Shown in pieces: positions 36,107 to 41,916 of a stretch of 41,916 bases of DNA; within the stretch, counting starts at the first letter, position 1, and every line of letters begins with the position of its first letter. The position numbers and the translations under genes were made by a program. The notes below the pieces were generated by a model. That model had not been told where the DNA came from and ran no database searches. It saw only the letters and a list, made by a program, of their open reading frames with translations. Source of the DNA: Octopus bimaculoides (Eukaryota); assembly GCF_001194135.2 (NCBI RefSeq), contig NC_068982.1:19479483-19521398 (forward strand), given 5' to 3'.

Positions 36107-36451
36107 AGGGATGACCCACTTCGGTCATGAATGACCATGGGATTGCACCTAGAAAGTTAACCTCCGAAGCACAAATCCGAGCAAGGTTGTTTCTGGAAGA
36201 CCAGCAGTCGCCCGTGCAGACCAGCATCCCCTCTCCACGCCATCGATGTTATCCATGAGAAAGGCAAAGGCCGACACAGCTTGACACCAGTGACGCGGTA
36301 GCTGATTTCTATAGCTGATTGAACTGGAGCCACTTTAAATAAAGTTTCTTGCTCAAGAACGCAAAACGCAGCCAGGTCCGGGAATCGAACTCCCAGCCTC
36401 ACCGTCGTAAACTCGACCCTCTAACCACTGAGTCATGGGCCCTCACAAGTT
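36107..36451 (-). mobile_element. SINE family C (tRNA head, CORE-like central domain) with 12-bp target-site duplication
   Basis: A-box TGACTCAGTGG, B-box GAGTTCGATTCC, CORE-like tgcgttcttgagcaagaaacttta; TSD AGTTACATACAA at 36095-36106 and 36452-36463. Confidence 0.85.
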
Positions 36452-36596
36452 AGTTACATACAACAAGTTAACATATCACATATATTTAACAGATAATATA
36501 TTATATCCGAAAACAGATAATATAATATGATATAAAGTGAGAGAATCTGATACGCACAGAAAACTAATGCTACGCAATAATTGTAGGAAAATAACT

Positions 36597-36976
36597 GTTG
36601 TTGTTGACTCTCCGTCGCTTACGACGTCGAGGATTCCAGTTGATCCGATCAACGGAACAGCCTGCTCGTGAAATTAACGTGCAAGTGGCTGAGCACTCCA
36701 CAGACACGTGTACCCTTAACGTAGTTCTCGGGGATATTCAGCGTGACACAGTGTGACACTTTGAATTACAGGCACAACAGAAACAGGAAGTAAGAGTGAG
36801 ATAAAGTTGTGGTGAAGGAGTACAGCAGGGTTCGCCACCATCCCCTGCCGGAGCCTCGTGGATCTTTAGGTGTTTTAGCTCAATAAACGCTCACAACGCC
36901 CGGTCTGGGAATCGAAACCGCGATCCTATGACCGCGAGTCTGCTGCCCTAACCAATGGGCCATTTTGTCTCCACGT
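36597..36976 (-). mobile_element. SINE family B, complete, with (CAA)n tail and 11-bp target-site duplication
   Basis: Reverse complement of the 27636 copy; TSD GGAAAATAACT at 36586-36596 and 36977-36987. Confidence 0.93.
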
Positions 36977-38011
36977 GGAAAATAACTAGAGCAATAAGAT
37001 ACTTGCAAAAACAGTAAAAAATATCGCCTCGTAATATAAGAAAACACTAAAATACATATAAATAAACTAAATTCTATAAGTAATAATATAGACACGGAAA
37101 AAACGAAAAAGCCGAATATAGACCCAAACAGAATTCCAAAATATATTGAAAGCAAACATGGAAAGAAAAGCCGTTACGTGACAAAGAAATCGGCAAGACG
37201 GAACGAAATAAATAGCGATAAAAAATTAAATTACCCCAATGCTCTGCAATAAAATTCGATGAGTGAATCTTATTTTAGATTCACAGAACGATGTGTAACT
37301 ACAAGTGGAAAATATATGAAAAAAATATTCTAACAACAAATGCGAGCAATGCAACGTGCATAATGAAATGGCTGACTTCATAAAACTGCTTGGTCCTGGC
37401 AAGTTACAAGCATCATTATGGACATGGTACACTTGACTGTTATATACACAAATTAATGTACTGACACTTCGACGTGAAAATGAATAAGTAATTGTAGAAG
37501 CATGTAACCGACTCGAGGCATGACAATCAGCAGGCAGAAGTCATCTGGACTCTGCCTACCCAGGTTGGGGGAGATCAAGACAAATGTTTAGATACAACAT
37601 AATATAAACAAAGACTGCCTAATTACATTCTACCCACCCAATATCTTCTCAGTTATATAATCAATTACAGTCATCTTACTTCCTCCCCCTGCAACAGTTT
37701 AGGAATAAGTTACTCATCTGAAAAAAAAAGATAACGGATACAACATCATTTGCGATACTGAAAACAAAACAAAAAAAGAAACCATCAACTTGAGTTCTGT
37801 GGCATATGTATAAGTTTTAGAATATAGATATTCTTAGAATATAGATGAAAATGTTGCCTGAACAAGACGTTCCCGCGACCACTGGATATGGTTTCTTTAC
37901 CGCACCACACACACAATCCTTATTAAACTTCAACACTTCTCTGATCTGGATGATGCATCTAATTCTTGCTTTCAGAAAGAAATGTTGATGTAAATCTGCA
38001 TCCATTAAACG

Positions 38012-38157
38012 CTTCTTCTTCTTCTTCTTCTTCTTCTTCTTCTTCTTCTTCTTCTTCTTCTTCTTCTTCTTCTTCTTCTTCTTCTTCTTCTTCTTCTTCT
38101 TCTTCTTCTTCTTCTTCTTCTTCTTCTTCTTCTTCTTCTTCTTCTTCTTCTTCTTCT
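38012..38157. repeat. Pure (CTT)n, about 48 units
   Basis: Direct reading. Confidence 0.98.
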
Positions 38158-38201
38158 GTTGATGCTGCCACGACCACGACGGCCACCATGTTGCGTTTTA
38201 T

Positions 38202-38413
38202 GGTTGCGAGTTCGCAGTATTGTTAGCACACCAGACAAAATGGTGAACGGCATTTCCTCCATATTTACGCAGAAAGTCGACCGAATTCAATTTTTGCCCT
38301 TCATCCTTCTGAGTTTTTATTTTCTTTCATATCAGTAGCAGTTGAGCACACTAACCGACTATACCCCTTCCCCCAAAATTTCTAACTTTGTGTTTATAGT
38401 GGAAAGGCTTATT
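38202..38413 (+). mobile_element. Diverged SINE A copy, tail type B
   Basis: ggttgcgagttcgcagtattgttagcacacc..ttttgcccttcatccttc..ccccttcccccaaaatttc..atagtggaaagg. Confidence 0.65.
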
Positions 38414-39370
38414 TCAGATACTTTTATGATGTTTGTGACATATGTTTCTTTATATCTATGTGTAATATAAATGTGTGTTTGTGCAGAAGAATTTCTTCTT
38501 GCCCGAAGTTTAACAATAACTATTTTACTCTTTGCAGAATTCGTGGTTGAAATGGTGAAGAACTGGATTTAAGCGACGTTTTTCCAGAAAAACTAGAAAC
38601 ATCCTTTTGTCAGCAATAATCGAACACATTCATACCAAAAATTTGCTGCACTTGTTCCAGATCACCGAACTATTGAACCTCGACGTAAATAAAAACGTAT
38701 TTATTGCATTACGTTTAATACAAGTCGAAAAGAAATTTGCTACTGAATTATACTTACCACTGTAAGCTTGAATTTAGTTTAGGATCCTGAAAGAAATCAA
38801 CATTAATAACAACGCCCAGCGTATTTCAAGGGAAATCTAAAAGTGAAGTTATATAATCTGAATAAGTGCTAAAAAATGCGTGCACATTTGAAACAAAATT
38901 CACTAATATAACATCTGCTGAACTCAAAAAGTAAAAAAAAAATTAAATTGCAATGCTTAAATATATCAGCAAAAGCATGTGCGTATACATTACGAGCACA
39001 CAGGTATATCTTCAAATATAGATATACTTATACGTTATATTCAAACATCTTTTTAAAATATTCCCATCTGTAAATTTTACGGCGAGAAGTGAAGAGGCAA
39101 ATATCTTAATTCCGCTAAGAACAACATAAGTTGGATCTTCAGTTTGAAAATTTCGCTCGTGACACTTTAGATTCAAATATATATAGAAGGATACTCTGGA
39201 GCCATGATATCTAAATTCAGAACGTTTGGATCAAAGTTATTTTCTTCATTAAAGGAATCTGTCACCTGAAATATAATTGAGGGTTGAAGGTACTGAATAA
39301 CTTACAACCATACCAAAAGCAAATATGTTATCAATATTACTTGTGACAATGTAACGCTTTCAAACAAGCA

Positions 39371-39386
39371 ACTTCACTTTACACAG
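39371..39386 (+). other. Candidate 3' splice acceptor of a 5'UTR intron just upstream of the receptor ORF
   Basis: acttcactttacacAG: pyrimidine-rich tract plus CAG, 57 nt before the ATG. Motif evidence only. Confidence 0.4.
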
Positions 39387-39443
39387 ATATTCAATAATTG
39401 AAATACACAATTGTTTGATCAGAAAATAAATCTAAAAAGAAGT

Positions 39444-40787
39444 ATGGTGACGGTGAAGTTGTACACAACCATAAGCCTTCCATTGGCATCTTCGACAATG
39501 CATCCGAATGGAAGCAATAACTCTCTCGCAAATATACAAGGGGCTGGGACACAATTCGCTTGGACACACGTGGTAGTAGCACTTATATTAAGCTTTACCA
39601 TCATTGGTACCATAATAGGCAATTCGTTAGTATGCATTGCTGTTTTTATGGTAAGAAAATTACAAACACCATCTAATTTTCTTATTGTTTCACTCGCTGT
39701 GTCAGATTTATTTGTAGCACTATTCGTAATGCCGCTAGCACTACTTTATGAACTTACGAAACAGTGGCACCTTGGTGACGAACTTTGTGATGCTTGGACA
39801 TCTTTGGATGTCATGCTTTGTACAGCATCAATTCTGAATTTGTGTATTATCAGTGTCGATCGTTACTGTGTTATTACTCGGCCGCTTACGTATGCAATAA
39901 AACGAACACCAAAACGGATTGCATGGCTCATTACTCTTGTATGGCTACTCTCTGCCTTGATATCAATTCCTCCGTTATTTGGATGGAAAACAGTGCGGAA
40001 CCCGCTGGAATGTGGCTACAGCCAGGAACTTGGTTATCAAATATATGCTACTGTTGGGGCATTTTATCTACCTTGTACAATTATGATCATAGTCTATTAT
40101 AGAATATGGAAAGTATCTGATCGAATTAGTCGTGAAGAGATTCAATCTCACAGAGTAGGCCAAGATACATATATTCCGTATTCAAATCGTCCCAAATACT
40201 CTAGCGGTAGTTGTGATACGCATTTATTCCCTAATGGTTCGCTTCATTCTGGTAAAGAAGACGATAATGATCACCAAAGTCGTCGAGAAAGAAGATTTAC
40301 TCTCAGAACTTTACTGACGAAAAGAAATAAATCAACGTGCACAAAGGAAACGAAAGCAACTAAAACACTTGGAGTTATCATGGGGGGCTTCATTGCTTGT
40401 TGGCTACCTTTCTTTATCTTGGCTCTTGTTAACCCGGTCTGTAATACCCTCAAACTGACATGCCCAATACATCAAGTGGTATATAGTATATTCCTTTGGC
40501 TAGGCTATTTCAATTCTTTCATGAATCCTTTAATATATGCCCGTTTTAACCGAGAATTCCGGAAACCATTTAGAGAAATATTATGCTTTCGATGTCGTGG
40601 TATTAATATGCGCTTAAGAGAGGAGAGTTATGCAGCACAGTTTGGACCCGATCCGCAATTCAATATGACAAATCGATGCAGCCTTCGTATTCCAAATGAT
40701 TCAATTGTCCGATATAACAGTCATGGTCAAACATTAGTACATGTTGGTAACGGGTCTACAGCATCAGATGGGGAATCAAAGTTATAA
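39444..40787 (+). CDS. HTR7: Serotonin receptor, 5-HT7 type (class A aminergic GPCR), single coding exon, 447 aa
   Basis: Uninterrupted ORF with seven hydrophobic segments and aminergic motifs: GN (TM1), LAVSD (TM2), C3.25, D3.32 in SLDVMLC, DRY, ECL2 Cys, FYLP (TM5), CWLPFF (TM6), WLGYFNS..NPLIY (TM7). ISIPPLFGW, GYQIYATVGAFY and NREFRKPFREILCFRC match recalled 5-HT7 orthologues (Drosophila 5-HT7, human HTR7) better than 5-HT1/2. First ATG at 39444; in-frame TGA at 39399-39401. N-terminal sequons NGS and NNS. Confidence 0.93.
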   Translation: MVTVKLYTTISLPLASSTMHPNGSNNSLANIQGAGTQFAWTHVVVALILSFTIIGTIIGNSLVCIAVFMVRKLQTPSNFLIVSLAVSDLFVALFVMPLALLYELTKQWHLGDELCDAWTSLDVMLCTASILNLCIISVDRYCVITRPLTYAIKRTPKRIAWLITLVWLLSALISIPPLFGWKTVRNPLECGYSQELGYQIYATVGAFYLPCTIMIIVYYRIWKVSDRISREEIQSHRVGQDTYIPYSNRPKYSSGSCDTHLFPNGSLHSGKEDDNDHQSRRERRFTLRTLLTKRNKSTCTKETKATKTLGVIMGGFIACWLPFFILALVNPVCNTLKLTCPIHQVVYSIFLWLGYFNSFMNPLIYARFNREFRKPFREILCFRCRGINMRLREESYAAQFGPDPQFNMTNRCSLRIPNDSIVRYNSHGQTLVHVGNGSTASDGESKL

Positions 40788-40923
40788 TTTCACTAATACA
40801 AAAAGTGTATTACATTTCATATAACATGCAGCATATAGTATGGAGTATTATATGACATTTTAGCGCATTTCATAGGTAGAAAACATTATTGAAACCTATG
40901 TAAGAATTCCTTGTAAAACAAAA

Positions 40924-40959
40924 AATAAAAACAATAAGCAAAACAGAAAAATGAATAAA
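40924..40959 (+). terminator. Candidate polyadenylation signals of the receptor
   Basis: AATAAA at 40924-40929 and 40954-40959, followed by T-rich sequence near 41005-41040. The A-rich context makes chance matches likely. Confidence 0.4.
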
Positions 40960-41916
40960 AACTCCAACCACTGAAAGTAAATTTGCATTTTACTCATCGA
41001 TACGTTTTATTCATTTCCTTATTTTTTGTTCATTTCAATTCATCGCTCCTATTCACAACGATATTAAAGGATTATCTGTGCTAAAATATTTTTGGAACTG
41101 ACGATCGCAAGGAAATGAAAATATAGAATGGTAAAGTCCATCCACATGGTGTATGTTTGAGTATCTGTAGCTGTCAAGTGTATATGCGTGTGAGTGTTTT
41201 TCTGTGAGTGTAAGTGTGTGGAAGAATGTGTGTAAATGTGTGTGCATACCAATCTGTCAAGCTGCATATATATATATATATATANNNNNNNNNNACATAT
41301 ATACACGTATATATATATTTATTTACTTATATACGTATATATACTTATATTTATACACGTATATATGTGTATATTATTTCTATATATGTGTGTGCGGTGA
41401 AGTACGTATATATATCATGTACAAACGCATAGTATACATGTAGTGAGAAAAATAGGCATTAATTAGATTTGTAAATTTCAACAGATTAGATTTCACTTGA
41501 CGAGATATTTTATCATATTCGAGGTTGATAAAATGTTCTCTAAGGGTTCAATACCGCATTTAAATGTGCTTTTATGCCTCACACCCATTCAAAGCGAGAG
41601 ATCATTTCTATCAGTGTTATAACAATATACTGCCATAGGCGAATACTCGGAACCAACAAGTGAAACTGATTAAAAAATGCACATGTTCATGCATAAATAT
41701 AAAGAGTAGATGTTCGAGAGTGAATTGAAATTGCCCGTAGTCTTCTCGATCAGCAGCGCTTACTGGGAGTACACAGTACCACCTATCTCTTCCATTATAT
41801 ATAAAGACTCAAGAATCGTAGGCTATTTTCTTCTGTAAGTCTAAATTAAAAATCCGAGTAGCGTCATTAAATGTTTTATACGTGCATACATACATGCATA
41901 CATTCATATATATATA

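Noticed and set aside
38758-38786. 29-nt minus-strand micro-exon candidate (DPKLNSSLQ)
   Set aside because: Good splice motifs but too short to assess; joining it directly to the 16803 candidate creates TGA.
39411-39443. ORF-track start of the GPCR at TTG 39411 (458 aa)
   Set aside because: Bacterial-style alternative start; in a eukaryote the first in-frame ATG is 39444.
39419-40453. Short ORFs overlapping the receptor in other frames or antisense
   Set aside because: Shadows of the real coding frame.

Overview
AT-rich, microsatellite-dense animal genomic scaffold with 13 N-gaps (about 3.6 kb). The repeat landscape suggests a coleoid cephalopod, probably Octopus (inference from SINE sequence style, not verified). 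The one confident gene is an intronless 5-HT7-type serotonin GPCR at 39444-40787 (+), 447 aa. The rest is intronic or intergenic and holds three families of tRNA-headed SINEs (about 20 copies), three 3' fragments of R4/Dong-like non-LTR retrotransposons tied to (AAT)n tracts, a full-length dead mariner, and a Merlin/IS1595-type transposase remnant that the ORF track missed. Most interesting: an (AAT)n-punctuated retroelement pile-up at 20.2-22.5 kb; a SINE dimer with a recurrent junction that seems to move as one unit; long inverted SINE pairs upstream of the receptor; and several GC-rich, splice-site-bounded open segments on the minus strand that may be exons of an unidentified antisense or host gene. 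Almost all other ORF-track entries are microsatellite or N-gap artefacts. No CRISPR, rRNA or true tRNA genes were seen.
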